Notes: generated by a model not told the origin, from the letters alone. A DNA stretch of 16,535 nucleotides from Armatimonadia bacterium (GCA_039683575.1 JBDKRC010000288.1:1-16535); one strand, 5' to 3'. Counted from the stretch's first letter, positions 1-9,157 are shown. Numbers and translations: made by a program.

Positions 1-364
1 CGGCAAAACCACCCGCCCGATCATCGCCGGCTGGTACACCATGTCCTTTGATGTCAAAACCGTAGACCCCGCCGGCGGCACTCTTACCCTGACCGGCGAG
101 GGCACCGACCCCAAGAAGACCATGAACCTCAGCTTCAAGATCCCCGCCGACAGCGCCGGCAAGCGCCTCTCGTGGAACCTGATGACCGGCTACGCGGGCT
201 ACGGCTACACCACCGGCTACCTCACCGCCGCCCTGCAGGGCTGTCAACTCGACCGCATCCTGCTCGAGAAGACGCGCCCCTCCGGCAAGGCCTCGATCTA
301 CGGTCAGGGCAGCTACCTCGACGCCGTCAGTCCCTGGAGCCCCGGCGAGTTGCTCGAGAAGTAA
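1..364 (+). CDS. Hypothetical protein, 3' part (5'-truncated by window edge)
   Basis: Frame 2 is open from position 2 (GKTTRPIIAGWYTMSFDVK...) to TAA at 362-364, with C-ending codon usage like neighbouring genes. No recognisable motif. Confidence 0.75.
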   Translation, partial: GKTTRPIIAGWYTMSFDVKTVDPAGGTLTLTGEGTDPKKTMNLSFKIPADSAGKRLSWNLMTGYAGYGYTTGYLTAALQGCQLDRILLEKTRPSGKASIYGQGSYLDAVSPWSPGELLEK

Positions 365-405
365 ACTCAGACTATGCGGCTGAAGCCAGCCTCACCGACA
401 CAACG

Positions 406-436
406 CGCGCCCCTTCCTCATCCAGGAAGGGGCGCG
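406..436 (+). terminator. 13-bp perfect hairpin after first gene, probable terminator
   Basis: CGCGCCCCTTCCT-catcc-AGGAAGGGGCGCG, about 40 bp after the stop codon; weak U-tract. Confidence 0.55.
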
Positions 437-533
437 TCGCTTCCAGCCCTAAGAAATCGGGACCTTTTTCGGGTCTCGAATCGTTCAATATTATGTGTAT
501 TGTGACTAACTTTCTAAGAAAAGGAACATGCGC

Positions 534-1175
534 ATGAAAAGACGGGGTTTTACGCTCATCGAATTGCTAGTCGTTATCGCGATCATCGCGATCCTCGCCG
601 CCATCCTCTTCCCGGTCTTCGCCAAGGCCCGCGAAAAGGCCCGGCAGTCATCCTGTCTGTCCAACGTCAAGCAGATTTCTCTCGGCTTCATCCAGTATGC
701 CCAGGACTACGATGAAATGTTCCCGGCTGGCGGGGCGGTAGCCGGCGACGTGGCTGTATGGCCCAACGGCGTCTCCGGCCCCAACTACTGGCCCGCCCGC
801 GTCTTCCCCTATGTGAAGAACACGCAGGTCTTCAACTGCCCGAGCGCGACCTTCGCGTGGGGTGGGGCCTTCACTTCCGCGACGCCCATCGGGATGAATG
901 CCGCCCTCATGCCCTGCGCCCTCGGCACAATCGTCTATCCCGCGCAGACCATGATGCTGGCTGACACCGCTGGCACAGCCTCCTACGTCTTCCTCAACAG
1001 CTACCGCACTGACCGCTGGATGTCGCCTCGCCACAACGACGGCGCCAACATCGGCTTCGTGGACGGTCATGCCAAGTGGATGAAGGTCAGGATCGACAAC
1101 CTCACCCCCGGTGGCTACCAGCTACCCTTCACTCCCGCCGACGGCGTGTACTACCTGGCCAGCGGCACAGGCTAG
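534..1175 (+). CDS. Prepilin-type N-terminal cleavage/methylation protein, DUF1559 / H-X9-DG family (paralogue 1)
   Basis: [29 protein letters not shown] class III signal, [19 protein letters not shown]-terminal [17 protein letters not shown] (H-X9-DG). AAAGGA SD at 520-525 favours ATG 534 (alternative 528). Confidence 0.93.
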   Translation: MKRRGFTLIELLVVIAIIAILAAILFPVFAKAREKARQSSCLSNVKQISLGFIQYAQDYDEMFPAGGAVAGDVAVWPNGVSGPNYWPARVFPYVKNTQVFNCPSATFAWGGAFTSATPIGMNAALMPCALGTIVYPAQTMMLADTAGTASYVFLNSYRTDRWMSPRHNDGANIGFVDGHAKWMKVRIDNLTPGGYQLPFTPADGVYYLASGTG

Positions 1176-1205
1176 GCACATCTCAGCAAGCTCACAAACC
1201 CAAAG

Positions 1206-1244
1206 ACAGGCGCCACCTACACCAGGTGGCGCCTGTTTCCTTTT
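1206..1244 (+). terminator. Rho-independent terminator
   Basis: ACAGGCGCCACCT-acacc-AGGTGGCGCCTGT 13-bp stem followed by TTCCTTTT. Confidence 0.8.
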
Positions 1245-1388
1245 GCGCTAGGGCTGCCTCAGGCCAGGCCGAACAACTGGCCCGGGCCGTCGTCATTCCA
1301 TCTAAGGTAAGGTGTAAGCAGACACTCCCGCGACGTCTGCGTTCCGTCAAGCTGCGCAGGATCTTCATACTTCAGAAAGGTGATTAGC

Positions 1389-2063
1389 ATGAGACGTCAT
1401 GGCTTCACGTTGATTGAGCTTCTAGTCGTTATCGCCATCATCGCCATACTCGCGGCCATCCTATTTCCGGTCTTCGCCAAGGCCCGTGAAAAGGCCCGCC
1501 AATCGTCATGTCTGAGCAACATGAAGCAGATCGTCCTCGCCACGCTGCAGTACGTGCAGGACTATGACGAGCGCCTGCCCTGCCGCTGGTACAGCAGTGA
1601 CGTATCTCCCAACTACCACTACCCGCACGTGGCCGTCACTCCGTACTGCAAGAGCATCCAGATCTTCACCTGCCCCAGTTGGAGCACCGCCCAGACCATG
1701 GCGGACCTTGGAACCTTCAACAGCAGCTACAGCACCCCCGGCGGCTCGCCCCTGCATCCCGCTGGTGATCCCGATGGGTTCGGCACCATGAGCGGCAACA
1801 GTGGCGCGATGAACGGCTATGACGCCGTCGCCATCGGCACCATCGGCAAGCCTGCCACCACCATGATCTGGTTCGAGATGAAGCTCGGTCCCCATCTGGA
1901 CTGGGATAGCGCTGCCCATACGGGCTATGAGACCTATTCACGCAACCCCAATAACCAGGCCCACAATGGCGGCAACAACTACGGCTTTTCCGACGGCCAC
2001 GCCAAGTGGCTCAACTTCCTCCCCGCCTACATGGCCACCATCGGCGAAGCCGACGACCAATAG
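1389..2063 (+). CDS. Prepilin-type DUF1559 / H-X9-DG family protein (paralogue 2)
   Basis: [14 protein letters not shown]..., [31 protein letters not shown] before ATG 1389. Confidence 0.93.
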   Translation: MRRHGFTLIELLVVIAIIAILAAILFPVFAKAREKARQSSCLSNMKQIVLATLQYVQDYDERLPCRWYSSDVSPNYHYPHVAVTPYCKSIQIFTCPSWSTAQTMADLGTFNSSYSTPGGSPLHPAGDPDGFGTMSGNSGAMNGYDAVAIGTIGKPATTMIWFEMKLGPHLDWDSAAHTGYETYSRNPNNQAHNGGNNYGFSDGHAKWLNFLPAYMATIGEADDQ

Positions 2064-2087
2064 CAACGACCTACTGCCAGCAGACCC

Positions 2088-2129
2088 CGGAAGGCGCCAT
2101 CTCCCCAGGTGGCGCCTTCCGCATTTCTT
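2088..2129 (+). terminator. Rho-independent terminator
   Basis: CGGAAGGCGCCATCT-cccc-AGGTGGCGCCTTCCG (15 bp including one U-G pair), then CATTTCTT. Confidence 0.7.
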
Positions 2130-2221
2130 CCAGAAGACAATTTCTGGGCTTGGGAGGTAGCTGCGCCACGGCGAAGGAACTCCTCCGTCTGTCACCACCA
2201 ACTCTGAGAGAGGTTTCAAAC

Positions 2222-2839
2222 ATGAAGCGTAGTGGTTTCACGTTGATCGAGCTCCTGGTTGTCATCGCGATCATCGCCATTTTGGCGGCTATATTGTTCC
2301 CGGTGTTCGCCAAGGCCCGCGAAAAGGCCCGTCAGTCGTCCTGTCTGAGCAACCTCAAGCAGATTGGCCTTGCCTGGCTCTCCTACGCCCAGGACTACGA
2401 CGAGCGCGTGTGCTGCTGCCGCGTCACCCCTGCTATCTCCGGTGCCGGCTCATCCTTTACCTATGACTTCCCCTACGTTCTGCTGCCATACATCAAGAAC
2501 AACCAGGTCTTCGACTGCCCCTCCAGTTCGGCGACGAAGTATGCCGGCGGGCAGTATTACTACCCGGCGAGTTACCAGCAGAATGTCCGCCTGGGAAACG
2601 AACCGAATGGCGACGGCCGCAACAAGTTCCAGCCGGTGGCACTGGGTGCCATAAATAGCCCCTCCACCTGCCCGGTGCAATGGGACGCCAAGAACAACTC
2701 ACCCGAAGGCTGGTGGGTGACCAACTACCTCGGCGTTCTCCACAACGACGGCTTCAACAGCACCTTCGCCGATGGCCATGCCAAATGGCTGAACCCGCAG
2801 CAGGGCATCGGCAGCATTTCACAGGATCCCGCTCTCTGA
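2222..2839 (+). CDS. Prepilin-type DUF1559 / H-X9-DG family protein (paralogue 3)
   Basis: [14 protein letters not shown]..., [30 protein letters not shown] before ATG 2222. The ORF-track start at 2006 overlaps the previous gene and terminator. Confidence 0.93.
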   Translation: MKRSGFTLIELLVVIAIIAILAAILFPVFAKAREKARQSSCLSNLKQIGLAWLSYAQDYDERVCCCRVTPAISGAGSSFTYDFPYVLLPYIKNNQVFDCPSSSATKYAGGQYYYPASYQQNVRLGNEPNGDGRNKFQPVALGAINSPSTCPVQWDAKNNSPEGWWVTNYLGVLHNDGFNSTFADGHAKWLNPQQGIGSISQDPAL

Positions 2840-2865
2840 GGCCGTTGCGCCCCCCAATGCGTCAA

Positions 2866-2903
2866 AGGCAGCAGGCCCATACAAGCCTGCTGCTTCCATT
2901 TCT
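2866..2903 (+). terminator. Hairpin after third prepilin gene, possible weak terminator
   Basis: AGGCAGCAGGC-ccatacaa-GCCTGCTGCTT followed by CCATTTCT. Confidence 0.5.
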
Positions 2904-2932
2904 GCTAAGCGCCGTGCGCGCAGGTGAATGTC

Positions 2933-5900
2933 ATGGTAAAAAGACTAATACTGCTGGCAGTCGCGCTTCTGGCGGCGGCTGCAGCCTTCGCCCAGGCCCC
3001 TGTCTGGCGTTTTGACAAGGACGGCGACTTGCAGGGCTGGACCTACTCGAATTTCGAGTTCGTCACGGTCAAAGACGGCTTCGTTCACATGCTCACCAAG
3101 TACGACCCAATCTTCGCCTCACCCCCCCTGGAGATCGACGCCAACCGCTACAAGATCATCGAGTTCCGCCTGCAGAGCAGCGTCACTGACGGCGGCGAGA
3201 TCTTCTGGCACGCTGCCGGCCAGCCCTACACAGAGCAACAGATGTCCCGCCACACCGTTGTCGGCACCAACGAGCCGCGCGTCTACCGTGTGGACATGAG
3301 CACCCAGCCGACCTGGCAGGGCGTCATCACCGGCCTGCGCTTCGACTTCATCGACGCCTCCGGCGCCACGCTCGGCCTCGACTACATCCGTCTCCTCGAC
3401 CGCGACCTCGGTGCTGTCCCCAATGCCAGCTTCGAGGATGACTTCAACAATGACGGCAAGCCCGATGCCTGGCAGGCCCAGGCTGCCGACTTCCGTCTCT
3501 CCAATGAACACGCCACCGAGGGCGACCGCTCGGCCCTGCTGGTCGCCGACGCCAAACCCGCCGTGCTCAGCACCAGCGTCCCCCTCAATCTCCTGGGTCG
3601 CTTCGCCCTCGAAGCCGACGCCGCCCTCGAAGGCCCCGCTGCTAAACTCCAGGCAGAGCTGACCTTCCGCGACGTCTTCGGCAAGCTTATTCCCGGCGCA
3701 CCCGTCACGATGCCGCTCCCTGGCCGCTCGGAGTTCACCCCACCCGCCCACGCCGCCTCCGCCGACCTCAAGCTCATCCTCAGCCCCGGCGCCAAAGCCT
3801 GGATCGACTCCGTCCGCGTCACTCATGTCGTCGAGGAACTCGACCTTTCGGCCTCACCCATCGAAACCTGGCGTGCCGCCTGGATCTGGGCCGCCGACAC
3901 CTATGGCAAGGACAACGCCTCGGCCTACCTGCGCAAGTCCTTCGATCTGCCCGTTGCCCCCGCCAACCTCACCGACGCCCGCGTCCAGGCCACTGCCGAC
4001 GACGCCTACCAGCTCTTCGTCAACGGCAAGCTGGTCACCGAAACCGCCGACACCGACGGCTGGCGCACCCCGGAGATTCTCGACCTCAAGCCCTACCTCA
4101 CTCAGGGCCACAACGTCATCGCAGTATTGGCCAAGGACCTAGCTTCCGCCGAGGGCTTCCTGCTCGAAGGCGGCTTCGCCTGGCCCAACGGCAGTCTCGA
4201 TATCTATAGCGACAGCACCTGGAAGGGCGTCGGTCAGGCCCCCGAAGGCTGGCAGCAGCCCGGCTTCGACGACAGCGCCTGGCCCGTCGCGAGGGTCATC
4301 ACCCCCGCCGGCGGCACCCCCTGGGGCTATCTGCCCTACACCCACTTCGGCGCCCGCGAGCAGGTGAAGCTGCTCCGCGCCACGCTACCGAAGCAGGTCC
4401 CCGCCGGCTCCACCATCGAAGTCTCCGCCACCATTCAGGCCCTCCCCAGGGCCGCCGAAACCTCTCCCCTGCGCCTCGCCCTGCTCCGTGGCACCGAGAC
4501 CGTCATCTCCCGTGCTTACGGCTCCGGTATGGTCAAGCAGGTCGCCGGTGGCTACGAACTAGGCCCCATGAGCCTCAACCTCACCCGCTTCCTCATGCCG
4601 GGTGAGTATCACATCGCCCTCGGCTACCCGCGCACCCAGTACGTGGGCGCCTCTGCCGACTTCCCGCTAAGCCTCGGGGCCATCAAGGTCACCGCCCCCG
4701 CCAGTGCCGAGCCGCCCACGCGCGTCGAGGTCAAGCGCCACACCGGCCTGCCCACCCTCTTCATCAATGGCAAGCCCAACTCGTTCATGCACTACCTCGA
4801 GCTCACGGTCGGCGCGGCCCGCATTGACAACATGGCCCGCAACGCCAACCTCCACCTCTACGAAATCGACGCCGATGACATCGGCTGGAAGGGTGACGGA
4901 CAGTTCGACTACGCTGCCTGGGACAGCAAGGTCCTGCAGCTACTGACCCTCGACCCGCAGGCGCTCATCATGCCCACCTTCGACCTCTCCGGCCTCGCCC
5001 ATCGCTGGTGGATGCCCCTGCACCCCGACGAACTCTGCGTCAACGCCGCCGGCAGCACCAACGTCGGCATCTACGGTGCCCAGGGCACGATCATCTCCCT
5101 CGCTTCCGAGCTTTGGCGCAAGGAAGCCGGCGACGCGGTAGAGCGCTTCGTCAAGCACTGCCGCCAGGCCCCGTACGGCGTTCGCCTCGTCGGCTGGCAG
5201 CCCTGCTCGGGCGTAAGCTGGGAATGGCAGCACTGGGGATCAGTCGGCGCCTTCGAGCCCACCGACTACAGCAAGCCCATGCAGCAAGCTTTCCGCAACT
5301 GGGCCCGCAAACAGTACGGGGGCGACGTCCAGAAGCTGCAGGCCGCTTGGCAGCAACCAGCCGTCACCTTCGACACCATCGTCATCCCCACCGTCGAACA
5401 GCGCGACGGCCCCAAGGACCGGCTCTTCCGCGATCCGGCGCAGTGGCAGTACGTTATCGACTTCTACAAGTTCTTCCAGGACGTCATGGTGGACGGCATT
5501 GAGCACTACGGCCACCTGATGAAGAAAGCCGACCGCAACCGCACCATCGTCGGCACCTACTACGGCTACACCGTCACCATGCTCGGCGGCGCCCGTCGCG
5601 CCGGCGACGCTGGCCACATGGGCCTGCACCGCCTGCTGCACTCCGACGCCATCGACTTCCTGATGTCACCCTTCGACTACTCCAAGCGCGGCGTCGGCGA
5701 CCCCTACACCGTAATGAGCGCGATCGGCTCGGTACTCTCCCACGACAAGCTCTGGGTCCTGCAGGCCGACCTGCGTACCCACCTCGTGACCGAGGCCAAC
5801 CAGCGCGCCCACGGCTCGCCCGACAATCTCGTTGGCACGGTCAGCCAGCTCGAGCGTGCCTTCGCCAACGCCACTGCCAAGGGCTCCGCGACCCAGTGGT

Positions 5901-6829
5901 ACGACTTCAGCAACGGCTGGATCGCCCGCGACCAGCGGCAGGGCCAGGTCATCAACAAGCTCCGCGAGATCGGCCAGGAGCAACTCAACTTCAACCGCGC
6001 CCCCGATCCCAACGGCATCGCCGTCATCGTGGACGAGAAGACTCCCGCCGCCTACCTCAGCCACGCCTTCGAGGTCAACAACTGGCTCGTCTACCGCCAG
6101 AAATCCATCTTCGAGAACGTCGGCGCCCCGTGGAACATCTACCTCCTCGACGACCTCACCGAGGGCAAGCTGCCCAGGTTCAAGATGTACGTGTTCCTCA
6201 ACTGCTTCCACATGACTGACGCCCAGCGCCAGTTCATCACCAGGAACCTGCAAAGCGGCGGCACCACCCTCCTGTGGATGCTGGCTCCCGGCTACGCCAG
6301 CGACACCACCCTCGACGTCAAGCACGTGAGCCAACTCACCGGCATGGCAATGGTGGAGCGCAACCAGGACCTCCTCTGGCGCATGACCCTCAGCGACAAG
6401 CATGACCTGACTAAGGGCATAGTCGACTTCGAGCAGCCCAACTTCAAGCTGCCGATCCAGTTCGTCCCAGAGGACGCCCGCGTCACTTCCCTCGCCGACT
6501 GGGAAGGCACCGACGTCCCGGCCATGGCCATCTTCAAGCACCCGGAATGGACCAGCGTCTACTCCGCCGGCCCGCTCCTCTCGGCCGAGCTAGTCAAGCG
6601 TCTCGCCAGAAACGCCGGCGTCCACATCTACACGGAAAGCACCGGGCCAGCCTTCGTAGGCGGCGGCATGATCGGCCTCCACACCGGAGCCGCCCGCACC
6701 GAGACTCTGACCTTCCCCAGACCCACGACCGTAACCGACCTGATGACCGGTGAGCTTCTCGGCACGAAGGTAAAGACCCTCAAGGTCAAGCTAGAGGAGC
6801 CCCAGACCCGACTGCTGAAGATCGACTAA
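2933..6829 (+). CDS. Secreted multi-domain glycoside hydrolase: N-terminal CBM-like modules, rhamnosidase-N/CBM67-like module, GH42-like (clan GH-A) catalytic barrel and trimerisation-like domain
   Basis: Sec signal MVKRLILLAVALLAAAAAFA|Q. NASFEDD (CBM4/9-like start). WIW...YLRKSF...ATADDAYQLFVNG (rhamnosidase N-terminal lectin-like). DYSKPMQQAFRNWARKQYG..KLQAAW (GH42-like). AGGTGA SD before ATG 2933. Exact GH family not determinable by eye. Confidence 0.8.
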   Translation: MVKRLILLAVALLAAAAAFAQAPVWRFDKDGDLQGWTYSNFEFVTVKDGFVHMLTKYDPIFASPPLEIDANRYKIIEFRLQSSVTDGGEIFWHAAGQPYTEQQMSRHTVVGTNEPRVYRVDMSTQPTWQGVITGLRFDFIDASGATLGLDYIRLLDRDLGAVPNASFEDDFNNDGKPDAWQAQAADFRLSNEHATEGDRSALLVADAKPAVLSTSVPLNLLGRFALEADAALEGPAAKLQAELTFRDVFGKLIPGAPVTMPLPGRSEFTPPAHAASADLKLILSPGAKAWIDSVRVTHVVEELDLSASPIETWRAAWIWAADTYGKDNASAYLRKSFDLPVAPANLTDARVQATADDAYQLFVNGKLVTETADTDGWRTPEILDLKPYLTQGHNVIAVLAKDLASAEGFLLEGGFAWPNGSLDIYSDSTWKGVGQAPEGWQQPGFDDSAWPVARVITPAGGTPWGYLPYTHFGAREQVKLLRATLPKQVPAGSTIEVSATIQALPRAAETSPLRLALLRGTETVISRAYGSGMVKQVAGGYELGPMSLNLTRFLMPGEYHIALGYPRTQYVGASADFPLSLGAIKVTAPASAEPPTRVEVKRHTGLPTLFINGKPNSFMHYLELTVGAARIDNMARNANLHLYEIDADDIGWKGDGQFDYAAWDSKVLQLLTLDPQALIMPTFDLSGLAHRWWMPLHPDELCVNAAGSTNVGIYGAQGTIISLASELWRKEAGDAVERFVKHCRQAPYGVRLVGWQPCSGVSWEWQHWGSVGAFEPTDYSKPMQQAFRNWARKQYGGDVQKLQAAWQQPAVTFDTIVIPTVEQRDGPKDRLFRDPAQWQYVIDFYKFFQDVMVDGIEHYGHLMKKADRNRTIVGTYYGYTVTMLGGARRAGDAGHMGLHRLLHSDAIDFLMSPFDYSKRGVGDPYTVMSAIGSVLSHDKLWVLQADLRTHLVTEANQRAHGSPDNLVGTVSQLERAFANATAKGSATQWYDFSNGWIARDQRQGQVINKLREIGQEQLNFNRAPDPNGIAVIVDEKTPAAYLSHAFEVNNWLVYRQKSIFENVGAPWNIYLLDDLTEGKLPRFKMYVFLNCFHMTDAQRQFITRNLQSGGTTLLWMLAPGYASDTTLDVKHVSQLTGMAMVERNQDLLWRMTLSDKHDLTKGIVDFEQPNFKLPIQFVPEDARVTSLADWEGTDVPAMAIFKHPEWTSVYSAGPLLSAELVKRLARNAGVHIYTESTGPAFVGGGMIGLHTGAARTETLTFPRPTTVTDLMTGELLGTKVKTLKVKLEEPQTRLLKID

Positions 6830-6865
6830 CCACGACGCCGACCGCGGAATTCAGGAGATGCTCCA

Positions 6866-8899
6866 ATGAACAAAGCCAAAACCTCAAACCAACTGCTGCA
6901 GGTCTTCACCGACGGCAGGGCTACCATCGACCGCCGCCTGACGACCCCGCGCACGCTCGACGACGTCTTCACCTTCCCGCGCTACAAGACACTCGCCGAG
7001 TGGGAGCACACCGCCGCGGACATACGCCAACACCTCCTCGCCTGCACCGGCCTCTTGCCGATGCCGGACAAGTGCCCGCTCAACCCGCGGTTCCTCGGGC
7101 GGTTCGAGCGCGACGGCTACAGCGTCGAGAAGGTCCTGCTGGAAACCTGGCCGGGCTTCTTCCTTGGCGGCAGCCTCTATCGCCCGCTCGGCAAGTCCGG
7201 CCCGTTCCCCGCCATCATCAACCCGCACGGCCACTGGGCGCGCGGGCGATTGCACAACGATCCCGACCTGGGGAGCCTCCCCGGACGCTTCATCAATCTA
7301 GCGCTCCAGGGGCACGTCGCCTTCGCCTACGACATGATCGGCTACAACGACACCTTCCAGTTGCCGCATGACTTCCTGGGCGACCGCGAAGCGCTGTGGG
7401 GCATCTCGCTCCTGGGGCTGCAACTGTGGAACAGCATCCGCGCGGTGGACTTCGTGGAATCACTGCCGGAGGTGGACAAGAAGCGCCTCGGCTGCACCGG
7501 GGCCTCCGGCGGAGGAAGTCAGACGTTCCTGCTGACGGCCGTGGAACCGCGCATCGCCGCCTCCTTGCCCGCGGTCATGGTCTCCGCGCACATGCAGGGC
7601 GGATGCGTGTGCGAGAACGCGCCCTCGCTGCGCCTGCGGTACTCCAATGTCCAGATCGCCGCCTGTACCGCCCCCCGGCCCCTCCACCTCATCGCCTGCA
7701 CCAATGACTGGACCAAAAACATGGCCACGGACGAATTCCCGGCCATTCAGAGCATCTACCGCCTCTATGGCGCCGAGGACAACGTCAGCTTCTTCATCCA
7801 GGAAGCCAACCACAACTACAACTACGCCAGCCGCCAGTCCTGTTACCAGTTCTTCGGCAAGCACTTCCTGGGCGAGAACGATCCAGAGAAGCTCCGCGAG
7901 CAGCCTTTCACCGTCGAGTCCGACAATGATCTCCTCGCCCTGCCCGACAAACGCCCGGCCAAAGGCGCCCTCGGTCAGGCGGCGATCATGCGCTCCCTCG
8001 AGGGGGCGGCGCTGAACCAATGGTTCGCCTGGGAGCCCAAAGACAAGCCCAGCCTCAAACGCTTCCGCGACACCTTCGGCGCTGTCTTGCAGCAAACCAT
8101 GTCCATCGCTCTGCCCGCGGCCAACGAACTCGCTATCAAGCGCCTCGGCGTCATCCAGGGCGACAACTACACCGCCGAGCGAATGCTGCTCGGCCGCAAG
8201 GGCGAGGGCGACGCCGTCCCTGCGCTCCTGTTCACGCCGCTGCGCAACAAAGCCCGCCGCCCGGCGACGGTACTGGTTCACGAATATGGCAAGGCTGCGC
8301 TGATGGCGGAAGGGCTGCAGACTCCGGGGGCACTGGTGAAGGGGCTGCTCGAAGCGGGGCACGCGGTGCTGACTTTGGATCCACTGCTGTGCGGCGAGTA
8401 TAACGCGCAGGCCGGCATGGTAACGCGCCGCAACCGTGACGTGCGGCTGTTCAACACCTACAATCGCCCGGACGTGGTCGAAAAGGCCCAGGACATCCTC
8501 ACCGCCGTCGCCGCCGTGACCTCCCTCGCGGGCGCGTCACAGGTCAACGTCGCCGGCCTGGGCGAAGCTGGATTGTGGTGCCTGCTGGCCGGCGCCGCCG
8601 CTCCCCAGGCGATCAGCAGGATGGCAGCGGACCTCGCGTCTTTCGATCCGGCCACTGACGCGGAGTTCCTCTCGCGCCTGAACGTACCCCACCTCCGTCG
8701 CGCCGGCGACCTGGCCGCCGCCACTGCCCTATTCGCCCCGCGCCCACTGCTCGTGCACAACCTCTGCCCTGATTTCGACGTCCCTGCGCTACGCGGCATG
8801 TACCGCGCCGCGGGCAACTCGCAAGCCTTAACAACAAAACGCCAGCCAGCCTCCCCCAAAGCCATCCTAAGCTGGCTGCTGACCAAACCGTCGCGGTGA
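6866..8899 (+). CDS. Acetylxylan-esterase-like alpha/beta hydrolase, two tandem hydrolase domains
   Basis: PAIINPHGH, YDMIGY, RAVDFV, nucleophile elbow GCTGASGGG, CVCE, HNY. Second domain with degenerate elbow AGLGEAG. AGGAG SD upstream. Confidence 0.85.
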   Translation: MNKAKTSNQLLQVFTDGRATIDRRLTTPRTLDDVFTFPRYKTLAEWEHTAADIRQHLLACTGLLPMPDKCPLNPRFLGRFERDGYSVEKVLLETWPGFFLGGSLYRPLGKSGPFPAIINPHGHWARGRLHNDPDLGSLPGRFINLALQGHVAFAYDMIGYNDTFQLPHDFLGDREALWGISLLGLQLWNSIRAVDFVESLPEVDKKRLGCTGASGGGSQTFLLTAVEPRIAASLPAVMVSAHMQGGCVCENAPSLRLRYSNVQIAACTAPRPLHLIACTNDWTKNMATDEFPAIQSIYRLYGAEDNVSFFIQEANHNYNYASRQSCYQFFGKHFLGENDPEKLREQPFTVESDNDLLALPDKRPAKGALGQAAIMRSLEGAALNQWFAWEPKDKPSLKRFRDTFGAVLQQTMSIALPAANELAIKRLGVIQGDNYTAERMLLGRKGEGDAVPALLFTPLRNKARRPATVLVHEYGKAALMAEGLQTPGALVKGLLEAGHAVLTLDPLLCGEYNAQAGMVTRRNRDVRLFNTYNRPDVVEKAQDILTAVAAVTSLAGASQVNVAGLGEAGLWCLLAGAAAPQAISRMAADLASFDPATDAEFLSRLNVPHLRRAGDLAAATALFAPRPLLVHNLCPDFDVPALRGMYRAAGNSQALTTKRQPASPKAILSWLLTKPSR

Positions 8900-8935
8900 T
8901 CCAGCGGGCTCCGTCTTCCTCCGGGCCCCAAACAG

Positions 8936-8965
8936 CAACAGGGGCGGCCATAGCCGCCCCTGTTG
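8936..8965. terminator. 13-bp perfect hairpin between convergent genes
   Basis: CAACAGGGGCGGC-cata-GCCGCCCCTGTTG. Confidence 0.65.
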
Positions 8966-8973
8966 GCTTCAAC

Positions 8974-9061
8974 CATCCTGAGCAAAGCCAAGAATCACAT
9001 CTACGTTACCCTGAGCGAAGCGAAGGATCTCCGACGATCCTCCACTAACGCTCAGGCCAAC
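8974..9061 (+). repeat. Degenerate CGTC-type palindromic repeat (GTCATCCTGAGCGAAGCGAAGGATCT-like)
   Basis: CATCCTGAGCAAAGCCAAGAATC (8974-8996) and CGTTACCCTGAGCGAAGCGAAGGATCT...GATCCTCCACTAACGCTCAGGCCAAC (9004-9061) forming an imperfect inverted pair. Confidence 0.6.
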
Positions 9062-9087
9062 AACGCCCTCACCGGTACCCACTCCCC

Positions 9088-9153
9088 CCGTCTCGCCGTC
9101 TCGCCGTCCCCGATTCCCGATTCCCCAGTCCCCATTCCCCAGTCCCCATTCCC
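9088..9153 (+). repeat. Short tandem repeats: CCGTCTCG x2-3, then six CCC(C/G)-type heptamers (STRR-like)
   Basis: cccgatt cccgatt ccccagt ccccatt ccccagt ccccatt at 9109-9150. Confidence 0.85.
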
Positions 9154-9157
9154 GGCC

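Noticed and set aside
478-486. SOS box upstream of first prepilin gene (GAATCGTTC)
   Set aside because: Spacing does not fit GAAC-N4-GTTC.
406-2903. Integron cassette array with attC sites
   Set aside because: Hairpins are short terminator-like stems without RYYYAAC/GTTRRRY ends, and no integrase is visible.
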